Positions 11,077-24,100 of a DNA stretch of 64,000 bases are shown here, one piece after another. A program made the translations under genes and the position numbers. Position 1 is the stretch's first letter. Every line of letters starts with the position of its first letter. This DNA is from Selaginella moellendorffii (taxonomy: Eukaryota > Plantae > Lycopodiophyta): the NCBI RefSeq assembly GCF_000143415.4, contig NW_003314325.1, positions 838,086-902,085 on the forward strand, written 5' to 3'. Below the pieces are notes generated by a model. It was given only the letters and a program-made list of their open reading frames with translations, ran no database searches and was not told the origin of the DNA.

Positions 11077-11883
11077 TGTTAGAGGTAGAGATGATGTGGC
11101 AGTAGTTATGCCCACGTGGCAGTAGCTTTATGTATATGTACACAATCATATACAGTTATATATATAGAGAGTTCTTCCTCCTCGTGTGCGCGTCTCTCCG
11201 CTGCTAACATGGTATCGGAGCCTTGGGCTCCTTGATCCTGAGAATGGCGCTTGCTGGCCAGGAGGCCAGTGATGAGGAGGAGGATGAGCCTCCCAATTGC
11301 AATCCCTCTTGCAATGTTTGGGACGCTTGAGGCGTTGCACCAAGGCACCAGGCTGTGTAGAGGTGCTGAGCAACAAGCAGCAGCAAGTAGAGAACAAAGC
11401 CAGTGGGAGATTGAGAGATTTCACCAACCCACATCAAGAATTGGGTCAAGATTCAAGAACATTGCATAGCAATTCTTTGCAGGAATTTCCAGCAATTGGG
11501 AAGGATGTTTATGGAGATTCAAGTGCCTAGTCGCAGAGAAGTGGGAGCCTGGCAGTTCACGGCCAAGACCTCATGCTAGAGGCAAGATTGAAGCCATAGC
11601 AAGAAGCAAAGAGTGTGCAAGCAAGTCCAAGACCAAGAACCAAGTTTTGGGTAGTTGATTGATGAGTTTTTCATATGCTTTTCTCATCAGCTCTCCATGC
11701 TCATCATCTCAGACTAGCTAGGCACGATTCAGGCTTAGATTCAGACTGGAATCAGCCGCCTGATCGTGAGTGGGAGTGTTAGAGGTAGAGATGATGTGGC
11801 AGTAGTTATGCCCACGTGGCAGTAGCTTTATGTATATGTACACAATCATATACAGTTATATATATAGAGAGTTCTTCCTCCTC
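11077..11883 (+). mobile_element. TRIM (non-autonomous miniature LTR retrotransposon)
   Basis: 5' LTR 11077-11209 (TG..CA, 133 bp), PBS TGGTATCGGAGC 11210-11221, about 550 bp internal region without pol, PPT GAGTGGGAG 11768-11776, 3' LTR 11777-11883 identical but missing its last 26 bp; empty sites (AAGTCATATCAATC) in the paralogous units near 17681 and 53428. Confidence 0.92.
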
Positions 11884-12682
11884 ATACCAATCACTTACGT
11901 CAGAAGGAAGAACTCCTTTCTTCACTGCTGCAGGAAGAAGAGGTCATCCATTCCGAGACTAGCAAATTCTTCTGAGCTGCTAGAAGATGAGCTGAGCCTG
12001 GGCGAGACATTTTTGAACCAAGTAAGCTTGGCACTGGAGCAGCTCCAATGCCGCATTGGGACTCACATCCGATCCACACGAAATCTCTCCGCCGCAAAAA
12101 AGATAAAATATCGAACCAAAACACGATTCGAGCTGCTTGCTACTCACCAGGAGCAGCGCGCGTGAAACACTTCTTCGAGTTGCCCGTTTCGGGCAAATGC
12201 TGTTATCGTTTCAGTCCGTACCTTTCGGGCGTCAATGAAAAACCTTTTCGCCTATTCCCTCTACTCAAGCGCAAAAGTAGTTACTGACTGGTCTTGATGA
12301 AAATCCAATTGTTGCTTGAGCTTTCTCAGCTCCAGTAGACCAACCACAGAACAAATTCAAGGAGCAGCTTGAATCCGTGAGTCGCTGTCCCCTAATGGTT
12401 GCACCTTGCTGGATGGATCGTGGAAATAACTAGATCCAGAGCAATCTTTGCCACATATGTCACCAGGCTGCCCGCGGGCCGTTATGGCCCAGGAACATAA
12501 AACCATGGTTTTTCATCGTTTTGAGTTGTGGACTTGCAGATGTGAGCTTGGTGGCTGCAAAGGACGACCTCGGCTAGACAACATATTTTCTCTCATTTTT
12601 TATGTTTCTTCGTTTTCTTTTTTCTTCAGGCTCGAAAGATCAAGAAGCTCCTCCACACCAGCTAACAACGAATCAAAGATAA

Positions 12683-12746
12683 TGCGGTGAGCGTGGATCG
12701 AACACGCGGCCTTCAGATCCAGTCTGACGCTCTCCCAAACTGAGCT
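12683..12746 (-). pseudogene. tRNA-Phe pseudogene
   Basis: Matches 6675-6747 but has a 2-nt deletion in the anticodon loop and has lost the 5' acceptor strand. Confidence 0.85.
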
Positions 12747-12814
12747 TGGATGGTTTTAGACAATAACTTCAATATGATTAAGTTAAAATGTAAAAGCTTA
12801 CCTCTACAATGAGA

Positions 12815-13430
12815 GTTTGGGGGCTCCGGCGATCTCGATCAAACCACTACAGCGGCTACTCTATAGATTCCTCTTCAATCTCCTCATCCCAGTCGCTTAT
12901 AATAAGTTTATTACTGTCTATCAAATGCCGGAAATGAGTAAAATCACTTGGACCGGACTAATTGCAGCATTTGCCCAAAACGGGCATCTAGGGGAATCCA
13001 GGCAGTGTTTGACGCGTTGTCTAAAGAGAAGTCCATAGCATCATGGACGGCGATCAGGCCTCAATGTCCCCGGATGTTGTATATGGTACGGTATCCTGGA
13101 CAGTGATCGATCCAAAACTCCTGAATCGATCAGGCCCTCAATTTCTTCCAGAAGTTCCCACAATGTATGGGCACGAGCCGGGACGGAAACCCTGTTCTTA
13201 TCTATGCGTGCTATCCTGGACCAGGCAGCAGCTCTTCCATTCGATGCCCGAGATGGATCTCATCAGCTCCACGGCGGCGTTCCAGGCATTGCGTGTTTGA
13301 TTCCATGCCCGAGCACAACGCCATGTTGTGAGGTGACGCGCTAGGCTGAGGCGAGATGGGCGATCACAAGGCAAGGGTGAGCGGCTGATCCTCGAGGAGA
13401 TTCCCTTCAACCATCGTGACCGTTCTTGAG
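12815..13430 (+). pseudogene. PPR remnant
   Basis: ITWTGLIAAFAQNGHL, LFHSMPEMDLISST fragments with multiple deletions. Confidence 0.7.
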
Positions 13431-13534
13431 AGGGGAGATTTGCGGAGCTTTAATCAAAAAGGCAATGCTCGAATATGGGTTAAATTAGAAAAGTGAGTTT
13501 GTGTGAATTACATGAACTTGGTTACTCCTTTGTT

Positions 13535-14713
13535 TCAAAGAGGACTTTCTGGTACAGTGACGACCTTGCAACCCATCTCCAGCTTCACCTTTGGTGTGAT
13601 GTACTCTCCAGCCATGATATATTCGGACATGATCTCGTAAAAGTGCTCTGTGTAGTGAATGCCATCAAAAGTGAAATACTTGCTGGGATCCTTACACACC
13701 GTGTAAGCAGCATTGGTCTGGTTCAGTGGAGCACACCCGCAAAGACCCTCACCATCACAGTTAAACTTGCCACCTCCACCGCAGCATGACTGGAGCGAGT
13801 TCGTGAAGCCAAACTCCTTCATATTCTCCAAAACATAGGTGTTTGCTGCAAACCAATCGAAATAATACACAGTGAGACCCTGGTATTTTTGCGTCAGCTC
13901 CTCCGACAGCCTCTGGATGTTGGTGTTGAGGTAAGAGATAATCTGGGCAATCTCAACAATGCAACCATCCTTGTCATAGTGGAATGTACCAGCGGGGTAC
14001 TGTTGGAAAGATTGGAGATAGTTTGGAGAGCAATCGGCACGGGGCATGTTGTAGAGCACAACATGACGAGCTCCGTGAGCATATAACTTCTGAATTCCAT
14101 CGGCCAGGCCTTGGATCACGGCCGGGATGGTGACGTTGATCACGTAGCCGCCTCCCAGTGGCAAACCAAAGTTGATATCGTCCCCTCCAATCTCGACCGA
14201 GTAGAGTGCATTCTCGTACCATGGTTTGCTCGCCTGGCGACCATATCGACCCTCGACAAACTCCTGGTGGCGCACGAAGTCGTCAACCTGGGCGGACAAG
14301 ACATGTGGGCTCGAGTATGGCTGGTTCTCGACCTTGATCACCGTGGCTCCGGCGTATCCAAAGTTGAGGCTCTCGAACTCGGTGCCATTGTACTTGAGGC
14401 TGGGAGTTCCAAGGTTGTCGAGGCGGAGCTTCTGGAGCAGGAGGTCGGGGATGACGAGCCCGTCGCAGTAGCGTCCAGTGGGCTTCCCGTAGGTGATCCC
14501 GTATGGGTACCTGCCCGATAGGGTCTTGCCGCCACCGGCTTCAATGTCGCGGTTGCCGCCATCGCTGAGAGAATCTGCAAAGGTGAAGACTGCGGTTGGA
14601 CAGATCGACGAGCTCGACTTTGGCGTTGCTGGCGTTGCTCGTGCCTGAGAAAGCAGCACAATGTTAAGCAAAAGAGCAAAGATTGCAAGAACAGTTCCAG
14701 ACCAAGAAGCCAT
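13535..14713 (-). CDS. GDSL esterase/lipase, secreted, intronless, 392 aa (copy 1)
   Basis: Signal peptide from ATG 14713; block I FADSLSDGGN, PYG.T..PTGR..DG, NFGYAGA, IGGDD, CCGGGG, FDGIHYTE; TATATAA about 40 nt upstream. Confidence 0.93.
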   Translation of the reverse strand: MASWSGTVLAIFALLLNIVLLSQARATPATPKSSSSICPTAVFTFADSLSDGGNRDIEAGGGKTLSGRYPYGITYGKPTGRYCDGLVIPDLLLQKLRLDNLGTPSLKYNGTEFESLNFGYAGATVIKVENQPYSSPHVLSAQVDDFVRHQEFVEGRYGRQASKPWYENALYSVEIGGDDINFGLPLGGGYVINVTIPAVIQGLADGIQKLYAHGARHVVLYNMPRADCSPNYLQSFQQYPAGTFHYDKDGCIVEIAQIISYLNTNIQRLSEELTQKYQGLTVYYFDWFAANTYVLENMKEFGFTNSLQSCCGGGGKFNCDGEGLCGCAPLNQTNAAYTVCKDPSKYFTFDGIHYTEHFYEIMSEYIMAGEYITPKVKLEMGCKVVTVPESPL

Positions 14714-14859
14714 CACAGCTGATGGATCTGTAGAAGTGTTGGAGGCCAAAGTTTATATAATGGATCCCAATCTCTTGAACAAGAGCTATCACATCTAAAA
14801 CTAGTTCCATATCCATATTTCGAGTTACCAAAGAGATTGAAATATCTTTAGAGAGTTTG

Positions 14860-15670
14860 GTACTCGTGGAGTTGTATGGCAAATGTGGCAGCGCCAACGA
14901 CGCTCGGGCGGAACATCTTCTCTAGGGATTTAATTCTCTTGGTGATCTTAGCCTAGTGAGGTCTTACTTGAGGCTGGAACCTTGCTTGATCGATCCTGAG
15001 TTTTGCAGATTGCGACAGACCTTCTGAGAATGTATGGATCGCTCCAGGAGGCTCGATTGGCTGGCGAGAGTCTTAAGAAGTTGGGGCAGAGAGATCTGGT
15101 GGCTTGGAATGCGATGAACGACGCTTATGCCCTATGCAAAGAAAGGCATTTGCGATTCACGAGAGGATGCTTACAAATTCACGTACACGACGCTTCTCTC
15201 CTGCTATGACAATCTGGGCGACGTAGAAAAGATCCATGCGCACCACTGCATTTGCAATGTGGAATCCAGATAAGGTGTTTGAATAGTTGGACGTGGGGCT
15301 GTGGACTGCAATCCTCCAGGACCTAAGGATCATGGAAGCCATTCAAGTGATAGAACAACAAGGTTTCTAGCGAGCAGCTTTATGCTGCCTTCTCTCCTCC
15401 AGATTGTGGAAGGTAGCAGTTGTTGATCTGCTCAGGTCTCCAAGAATCACGCACCAATCATTCAGGAATAGCTTGTCTATAGAGTGTGATTGACGTGTGA
15501 ATTGCAACTCGTTTTCTCTTCACAGATCCTTTCTGTTGTATGCCCAGTATGCGCCTCAGCCGCTCGTCAGGGTATCGTGGATGGTGGCCAATACATGTAC
15601 ACATGTAGGCCAGGAGAGTTGATCACGAATTACCAAGCACGGCCGGAGCGATGGAAAATGCGATGGCCTC
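14860..15670 (+). pseudogene. PPR remnant upstream of GDSL copy 1
   Basis: LVELYGKCGSANDAR, LLRMYGSLQEAR..QRDLVAWNAM fragments. Confidence 0.7.
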
Positions 15671-18485
15671 CAATGGTATAAAAAATCTTGGATTTAAGCA
15701 TGTCTATTCAAATTCTTCCCCTTCCATCGGTCTGCTCTACTTGTGAGCTGGAAAATCTGTTAATCCAGCCCCTGAATATTTCTGATCTCCCTTCCTGTGC
15801 CCTTTATCTATCGGTAGCTACTGCAAGATAGATCCGATGCAGGCTAGATGCCCGATACCTCGAATGAAATATCGCCATGTGTCTTGCGGTCTAGCGTCCT
15901 TGCGATCAATCTATTCTGTTCATTGCCATCGATCCTTTCTGATCAAGCCTTTTTCTTTCTGCATGGATGCGTTTTTTCTCGCTTGAGCATAGGAAAGAGT
16001 GGCGAGATTTTCATTCGAAACTTCCCGCAGCTTGATCGAATCATCAAAGACACAAGGCCATGTTTGGACTCCAGAGATCCTCTTCAAGGTGTACATGCGA
16101 TGATCGGGGAGAGAGGTTTTGTGGAGAACATATTTCTGAATGAGGAGGCTCGAGAAAGAAAATGGCAAAGATCAGGTTCTACAGGACAAAAAAGTGATCA
16201 GTGCTCGATATGATTCACATTACCCCACATGGTACATTTGTGTCATATATCTTCTTTCTGGTTTTTTAACTTGGGTGTTTTTTGGTGTAAAGTTGGTGCA
16301 ACAAACAAATTTGTGGGGAGGAACTTAGATTCTTCAAAAGGACCAAGCCAGGGGCTTTTGCAAGAAAGGTGGGAAACATTTTCTTCAATCCATCCCAGCT
16401 CTTGAGGTATCCTTCCACTATGCAAACATATCAAGCTCTGAAACCACAGGCTCCAGTCGGCCATGATCATCATGGCATCATATCTTTGTTTGAGGATAAG
16501 ATCACTGAGATGTTTGTGTGTGAGACGGATTCATACCTGCAACTTTTGCGATGGAGCAAGAAATTTCTAATGTTTGTTTATTTTGCTAGATGTCGTGAAA
16601 CAAGCGAGGCAAAGGAGGACGAGCAAGCGGTGATTGCCAGGCTGACCTGTGAATTCAGCTTAATCATGGCCATTTCTCTTTATATTTAATGTTTTTATGT
16701 TTTTATGCTTTCTCCAATGTCCTACAACTGAGGAACACACAACGATTTTGTAACCCGGCAGCTATGAAACTCCTATTCATATAAATAATGAAAGATGGAG
16801 CAGGAATCATTTTCACACCTGCCAGCAATGTCCTCTACCAAAATCCATTCTCGTCGCACCACTTACCTTTAGCTTGGTGTTGTCACAAAAGTTGAAACTG
16901 AACCAAGAACAGCGAGGAACTTACGACTGGAATCGCACTAAAACCGTGGCTGTTGTACTGAACTGCTTTGGAATTTCCTCTGGAGCGAAGATCTTTTAGT
17001 GGGGACGATGTTGCTTCGTGGACATGGTTGCTGTCCGATCATATGGTATGGTTTCCACGTTCAGTCCACAAATCAACTTGGACTACGAGCGGCAGTTTTG
17101 CAAGTCAAGGCTCGATACATCCTTCACCGCGTCTTCGACACAGCCACCAAACCAGTCTACCGGATAGATTGGCACGCTCAAGCCGATTTCTCCCCAACCT
17201 TTCTTACAAATGGGATAAGGTAAGGAGTCCGTGGTGATATACCAAAAACAATCTTTTTTGTAGATCCTGCTGCAAATGCCGATATAGTAGCGTCGTTGAT
17301 TGGTGACAATCACTTTTCCGTCTCAGAAAATTTCAGCGTATGGCAGCGAAACATCAGGAAACAGAATACTTGGAAACTTGTCACCTGCATTTCTTTTTTA
17401 AAGTTAACAGCTTTGAAGCACAACCTGGATGCACGTAGTATCCTCCTGGCATCCACATGAGCAGCGACTGCACCTTGAGCAAGCTTCCAGATCCAGCCAA
17501 GCTCGAAAACATTCGTCGCAGATGAATCACAGGTTGCCAAAACTAGTTTCTTACCATCCGCCCAGGAAAGCGCAACATCGGCCAAACGACTAGTGATGAT
17601 AACATGAGGCCGACTTGCTGTAGCACCTGGACGATTGCAGCTAGAACCCTGTTGTCAACTAGTGACATCGGGTAAAAATCAAGTCATATCAATCACTTAC
17701 GTCAGAAGGAAGAACTCCTTTCTTCACTGCTGCAGGAAGAAGAGGTCATCCATTCCGAGACTAGCAAATTCTTCTGAGCTGCTAGAAGATGAGCTGAGCC
17801 TGGGCGAGACATTTTAGAACCAAGTAAGCTTGGCACTGGAGCAGCTCCAATGCCGCATTGGGACTCACATCCGATCCGCACGAAATCTCTCCGCCGAAAA
17901 AAAGATAAAATATCGAACCAAAACACGATTCGAGCTGCTTGCTACTCACCAGGAGCAGCGCGCGTGAAACACTTCTTCGAGTTGCCCGTTTCGGGCAAGT
18001 GCTGTTATCGTTTCAGTCCGTACCTTTCGGGCGTCAATGAAAAACCTTTTCGCCTATTCCCTCTACTCAAGCGCAAAAGTAGTTACTGACTGGTCTTGAT
18101 GAAAATCCAATTGTTGCTTGAGCTTTCTCAGCTCCAGTAGACCAACCACAGAACAAATTCAAGGAGCAGCTTGAATCCGTGAGTCGCTGTCCCCTAATGG
18201 TTGCACCTTGCTGGATGGATCGTGGAAAAAACTAGATCCAGAGCAATCTTTGACACATATGTCACCAGGCTGCCTGCGGGCTCGTTATGGCCCAGGAACA
18301 TAAAACCATGGTTTCTCATCGTTTTGAGTTGTGGACTTGCATATGTGAGCTTGGTGGCTGCAAAGGACGACCTCGGCTAGACAAAATATTTTCTCTCATT
18401 TTTTATGTTTCTTCGTTTTCTTTTTTCTTCAGGCTCGAAAGATCAGGAAGCTCCTCCACACCAGCTGCCAACGAATCAAAGGTAA

Positions 18486-18549
18486 TGCGGTGAGCGTGGA
18501 TCGAACACGCGGCCTTCCGATCCAGTCTGACGCTCTCCCATACTGAGCT
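18486..18549 (-). pseudogene. tRNA-Phe pseudogene
   Basis: Same anticodon-loop deletion as 12683-12746 plus substitutions. Confidence 0.85.
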
Positions 18550-19327
18550 TGGATGGTTTTAGACAATAACTTCAATACGATAAGCTTACCTCTACAATGA
18601 GAGTTTGGGGACTCCGGCGATCTCGATCAAACCACTACAGCGGCTACTCTATAAATTCCTCTTCAATATCCTCATCCCAGTCGCGTAGAATAAGTTTATT
18701 ACTGTCTATCAAATGCGGAAATGAGTAAAATCACTTGGACCGGACTGATTGCAGCATTTGCCCAAAACGGGCATCTAGGAGAAACCAGGCAAAGAGAAGT
18801 CCATAGCATCATGGACGGCGATCAGGCCTCAATGTCCCCGGATGTTGTATATGGTACGGTATCCTGGACAGTGATCGATCCAAAACTCCTGAATCGATCA
18901 GGCCCTCAATTTCTTCCAGAAGTTCCCACAATGTATGGGCACGAGCCGGGACGGAAACCCTGTTCTTATCTCTGCGTGCTATCCTGGACCAGGCAACAGC
19001 TCTTCGATTCGATGCCCGAGATGGATCTCATCAGCTCCACGGCGGCGTTCCAGGCATTGCGTGTTTGATTTCATGCCCGAGCACAACGCCATGTTGTGGG
19101 GATCACTGGAGGTGACGCGCTAGGCTGAGGCGAGATGGGCGATCACAAGGCAAGGGTGAGCGGGCTGATCCTCGAGGAGATTCCCTTCAACCATCGTGAC
19201 CGTTCTTGAGAGGGGAGATTTGCGGAGCTTGTTCCGATTTACGTAATCAAAAAGGCAATGCTCGAATATGGGTTAAATTAGAAAAGTGAGTTTGTGTGAA
19301 TTACATGAACTTGGTTACTCCTTTGTT

Positions 19328-20506
19328 TCAAAGAGGACTTTCTGGTACAGTGACGACCTTGCAACCCATTTCCAGCTTCACCTTTGGTGTGATGTACTCT
19401 CCAGCCATGATATATTCGGACATGATCTCGTAAAAGTGCTCTGTGTAGTGAATGCCATCAAAAGTGAAATACTTGCTGGGATCCTTACACACCGTGTAAA
19501 CAGCATTGGTCTGGTTCAGTGGAGCACACCCGCAAAGACCCTCACCATCACAGTTAAACTTGCCACCTCCACCGCAGCACGACTGGAGCGAGTTCGTGAA
19601 GCCAAACTCCTTCATATTCTCCAAAACATAGGTGTTTGCTGCAAACCAATCGAAATAATACACAGTGAGACCCTGGTATTTTTGCGTCAGCTCCTCCGAC
19701 AGCCTCTGGATGTTGGTGTTGAGGTAAGAGATAATCTGGGCAATCTCAACAATGCAACCATCCTTGTCATAGTGGAATGTACCAGCGGGGTACTGTTGGA
19801 AAGATTGGAGATAGTTTGGAGAGCAATCGGCACGGGGCATGTTGTAGAGCACAACATGACGAGCTCCGTGAGCATATAACTTCTGAATTCCATCGGCCAG
19901 GCCTTGGATCACGGCCGGGATGGTGACGTTGATCACGTAGCCGCCTCCCAGTGGCAAACCAAAGTTGATATCGTCCCCTCCAATCTCGACCGAGTAGAGT
20001 GCATTCTCGTACCATGGTTTGCTCGCCTGGCGACCATATCGACCCTCGACAAACTCCTGGTGGCGCACGAAGTCGTCAACCTGGGCGGACAAGACATGTG
20101 GGCTCGAGTATGGCTGGTTCTCGACCTTGATCACCGTGGCTCCGGCGTATCCAAAGTTGAGGCTCTCGAACTCGGTGCCATTGTACTTGAGGCTGGGAGT
20201 TCCAAGGTTGTCGAGGCGGAGCTTCTGGAGCAGGAGGTCGGGGATGACGAGCCCGTCGCAGTAGCGTCCAGTGGGCTTCCCGTAGGTGATCCCGTATGGG
20301 TACCTGCCCGATAGGGTCTTGCCGCCACCGGCTTCAATGTCGCGGTTGCCGCCATCGCTGAGAGAATCTGCAAAGGTGAAGACTGCGGTTGGACAGATCG
20401 ACGAGCTCGACTTTGGCGTTGCTGGCGTTGCTCGTGCCTGAGAAAGCAGCACAATATTAAGCAAAAGACCAAAGATTACAAGAACAGTTCCAGACCAAGA
20501 AGCCAT
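19328..20506 (-). CDS. GDSL esterase/lipase, intronless (copy 2)
   Basis: Near-identical to copy 1; open frame with all catalytic motifs. Confidence 0.93.
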   Translation of the reverse strand: MASWSGTVLVIFGLLLNIVLLSQARATPATPKSSSSICPTAVFTFADSLSDGGNRDIEAGGGKTLSGRYPYGITYGKPTGRYCDGLVIPDLLLQKLRLDNLGTPSLKYNGTEFESLNFGYAGATVIKVENQPYSSPHVLSAQVDDFVRHQEFVEGRYGRQASKPWYENALYSVEIGGDDINFGLPLGGGYVINVTIPAVIQGLADGIQKLYAHGARHVVLYNMPRADCSPNYLQSFQQYPAGTFHYDKDGCIVEIAQIISYLNTNIQRLSEELTQKYQGLTVYYFDWFAANTYVLENMKEFGFTNSLQSCCGGGGKFNCDGEGLCGCAPLNQTNAVYTVCKDPSKYFTFDGIHYTEHFYEIMSEYIMAGEYITPKVKLEMGCKVVTVPESPL

Positions 20507-23500
20507 CACAGCTGATGGATCTGTAGAAGTGTTGGAGGCCAAAGTTTATATAATGGATCCCAATCTCTTGAACAAGAGCTATCACATCTAAAACCAGTTC
20601 CATATCCATATTTCGAGTTACCAAAGAGATTGAAATATCTTCAGAGAGTTTGGTAAAAGGTTAATACCCTAAAGCAGATGTCAGAATCGGCAATCTGCTC
20701 GTGGAGTTGTATAGCAAATGTGGCAGCGCCAACGACGCTCGGGCGGAACATCTTCAAGGGATTTAATTCTCTTGGTGATCTTAGCCTAGTGAGGTCTTAC
20801 TTGAGGCTGGAACCTTGCTTGATCGATCTTGACCTTTGCAGATTGCTACACACCTTCTGAGAATGTATGGATCGCTCCAGGAGGCTCGATTGGCTGGCGA
20901 GAGTCTTAAGAAGTTGGGGCAGAGAGATCTTGTGGCTTGGAATGCGATGAACGACGCTTATGCCCAGTGCGGGCTATGCAAAGAAAGGCATTTGCGATTC
21001 ACGAGAGGATGTTTACAAATTCACGTACACGACTCTTCTCTCATGCTATGACAATCTAGGCGACGTAGAAAAGATCCATGCGCACCACTACATTTGCGAA
21101 GTGGAATCCAGAGAAGGTGTTTGAATAGTTGGACGCTGCAATCCTCCAGGACCTAAGGATCATGGAAGCCATCCAAGTGATAGAACAACAAGGTTTCGAG
21201 CGAGCAGCTTTATGCTGCCTGCTCTCCTCCAGATCCTTTCTGTTGTATGCCCAGTATGCGCCTCAGCCGCTCGTCGGGGTATCGTGGATGGTGGCCAATA
21301 CATGTACACATGTAGGCCGGGAGAGTTCTTTCATCGTCTCGTGGACTGCCATGATCACGAATTACGCCAAGCACGGCCGGAGCGATGGAAAATGAGATGG
21401 CCTCCAAGATTGCGTGGTATAAAAAATCTTGGGTTTAAGCATTTCTATTCAAATTCTTCCGCTTCCAATCGGCCTGCTCTTCTTGTGGGCTGGAAAATCT
21501 GTTAATCCAGCCCCTGGATATTTCTGATCTCCCTTCCTGTGCCCTTTATCTATCGGTAGCTACTGCAAGATAGATCCGGTGCAGGCTAGATGCCCGATTC
21601 CTCGAATGCAATATCGCCATGTATCTTGCGGTCTAGCGTCCTTGCGATCAATCTATTCTGTTCATTGCCACCGATCCTTTCTGATCGAGCCTTTTTATTT
21701 CTGCATGGATGCGTTTTCTCTCGCTTTGAGCATAGGAAATGGGTGGCGAGATTTTCATTCGAAACTTCGCGCAGCTTGATCGAATCATCAAAGACACAAG
21801 GCCATGCTTGGACTCCAGAGATTCAAGGTGTACTTGCGATGATCGAGAGAGGTTTTGTGGAGAACATATTTCTGAACGAGGAGGCTCGAGAAAGAAAATG
21901 GCAAAGATCAGGTTCTACAGGAAAAAAAAGTGATCAATGCTCGATATGATTCACATTACCCCACAAGGTACATTTGTGTCATATATCTTCTTTCTGGTTT
22001 TTTAACTTGGGTGTTTTTTGGTGTGAAGGTGGTGCAACAAACAAATTTGTGGGGAGGAACTTAGGATCAAGCCAGGGGCTTTTGCAAGAAAGGTGGGAAA
22101 CATTTTCGCAAATGTTCTTCCATCCATCCCAGCTCTTGAGGTATCCTTCCACTATTCTCAAGCTTGCAAACATATCAAGCTCTAAAACCACAGGCTCCAG
22201 TCGGCCATGATCATCATGGCCTCATATCTTTGTTTGAGGATAAGATCACTGAGATATTTGTGTGTGAGAAGGATTCATACCTGCAACTTTTGCGCTGGAG
22301 CAAGAACTTTCTAATGTTTGTTTATTTTGCTAGATGTCGTGAAACAAGCAAGGAGGCAAAGGAGGACGAGCAAGCGGTGACTGCCAGGCTGGAGGAGGAG
22401 CATAGAATCAGTTAGAACGCTCAAATTTCGTGGGTGTGACCATAACCGGAGAAAGCATATCAGCTATTTTGTGTTTCTTCCAGTTGTATAAGAATTCAAT
22501 CCAAGGGCCCTGTAGGAAGTGCCAACTTTGCCATGGCCTCGTCCAGCTTTATCGCAAAGTCTAAAGGACATCCAGAGCAAGCCAGAGTAAGACGTTTCCC
22601 GTGAGTGGCGATCCACCGAGCACCCTCTGACAGAGCTTCGAGCCTGTCTGCCGGTACCATCTTCTGGCACCATCCGTCGACTGACTTGGAGCTTAGGAGA
22701 AGTTGACAGCGTCTTGTTTAAGGTACTAACACGAACTCCCCTCCAGGAAGAAGGGAAGCGTCTCTTTCCCCGTCTAGAACCCGATCGGAAACGTTGAGAA
22801 TTCCTTACCTTGGAAAAACCGGCAGATATCAAGAGCAGGATCATCACAGTTCCCGACCCATCGTTTCTTCATCATAAATTTGATTTTATCATTTGGATAT
22901 GTTTGCGTCTAGAGTTTCGCCAGAGGAGTAAAAATTGAGCTCAACTTATGAGTTGGATCCTCTGGGTTTGATCGTGGAGTCGAAAAGCTCGATGCGTCCA
23001 TAGTGTTCCCGTTTGAGATTCACCGCTGCTTTGGGTGCTCGGTCTTTTGTTGCTTAAAGCTGCTCTATGCATCAATGCCGCTTGCGCTTCTTCTTTTTTA
23101 TTGTCTCTTTCTCTTAGACCTCGTGATGCAAGTGCGAGGCCGGACCGAGCTCACGAGCTCAAAAGTCAATGCAGGGTCAATTATAGTTAATGCAAGGTCT
23201 TCAAAGACTGTTTCATCATTTGCTCAAGCTCGATCGCCCCAAGCTTTTCTCGAAAAACCGCAGACCCAGGTAGTATAAGATTTATCAAATGCCGGAAAAA
23301 AAAGCACTCATTTGGTTATCTTGTTAGTTATGTGCTGTTCTACAGAGCAACGGTTGTAGCCTCTGCCGAGGATCTGGCTAAGCAGTATGGTACCAGAACG
23401 TGCTTTATGCCAGCGAAATTCATCCAAAGGCTGTTTATGAGGTTAAGGGAGATTCCGAATATAAGTTAAAATTTGGTATAGGTCGACTTGTGGCTGTGCT

Positions 23501-23689
23501 ACTTTATGATAATAACACAGCCCCAATAAAGGCCAAAATCATTGTCATTGGCAATGGAAATGGATGCCCCTTGAGCACTCTATTCTCTAGTCAGCTCAAC
23601 ATCAAACAGCAGCAAACAACAAACTGAGAGCCATGTAGAGGCTATGGATCCTACTCGAAAACATGGAAGAACACATTACAAACAAAGAT

Positions 23690-24100
23690 CTATCCCATCA
23701 GTGGCGGTGGCGCATAGTGTGGGTTCATAAGGGGAGGGGGCGCGCCGTAGTGTGGGTTCCTGTTTGCCCCTGGGCCGTCATAGTCGCTGGTGTGGACCTC
23801 TCCAAGGAGCTTCCTGCCGTTGAGAGAGCCTGGAAGAAAAAAGAGCGAGAGAGAGAGAGAGAAGAAGAAGAAGGAGAATTTATAGTTAACAACAGAAAAT
23901 GTGAAATGTAGGAGAAGATTGGCCCTGTGAGGCCAGCAAGCTCGCATCTGCAAACCAACTCAAAACAGTAAGAAATTAGATTGTGGAGGAAAATAACAAA
24001 GAAATGAAATCTATATGTGCTCTCTACCTTTGTTTCCATTAGTAGCAAAAGCGGCATTGATGAGCAGGCATGAGAGCAGGGCTGCGAGCACAAGCTTGCG
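23690..24100 (-). pseudogene. PSY-like peptide precursor pseudogene
   Basis: Start-codon region deleted, exon 2 donor deleted, 2-nt insertion at the start of exon 3, second DY motif deleted (..DYDGPGANRNPHYGAPPPLMNPHYAPPPLMG*). Confidence 0.8.

Larger units (their letters stand above)
10070..16645. repeat. Segmental duplication unit 1 (starts at the 3' end of the Rieske gene)
   Basis: CTCCAATGTCCTACAACTGAGG at 10070 recurs at 16712; downstream sequence collinear including tRNA pseudogene, PPR remnant and GDSL. Confidence 0.85.

Noticed and set aside
10240-12460. Decayed multi-exon gene on the minus strand (repeated in units 2 and 4)
   Set aside because: Splice-like signals and ORF fragments are present but no family could be recognised, so it is not called.
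12683-12746. tRNA-derived SINE interpretation of the tRNA-Phe copies
   Set aside because: No TSDs or A-tails, and both flanks are co-duplicated, so segmental duplication explains them.
13493-14521. Long + strand ORFs overlapping the GDSL genes (also at 19286, 29131, 55006)
   Set aside because: Antisense shadows of a GC-rich coding sequence; stops vary among copies.
14714-14749. 12-aa N-terminal extension of GDSL in the ORF track
   Set aside because: Starts at TTG right beside the TATA box; ATG 14713 gives a proper signal peptide.
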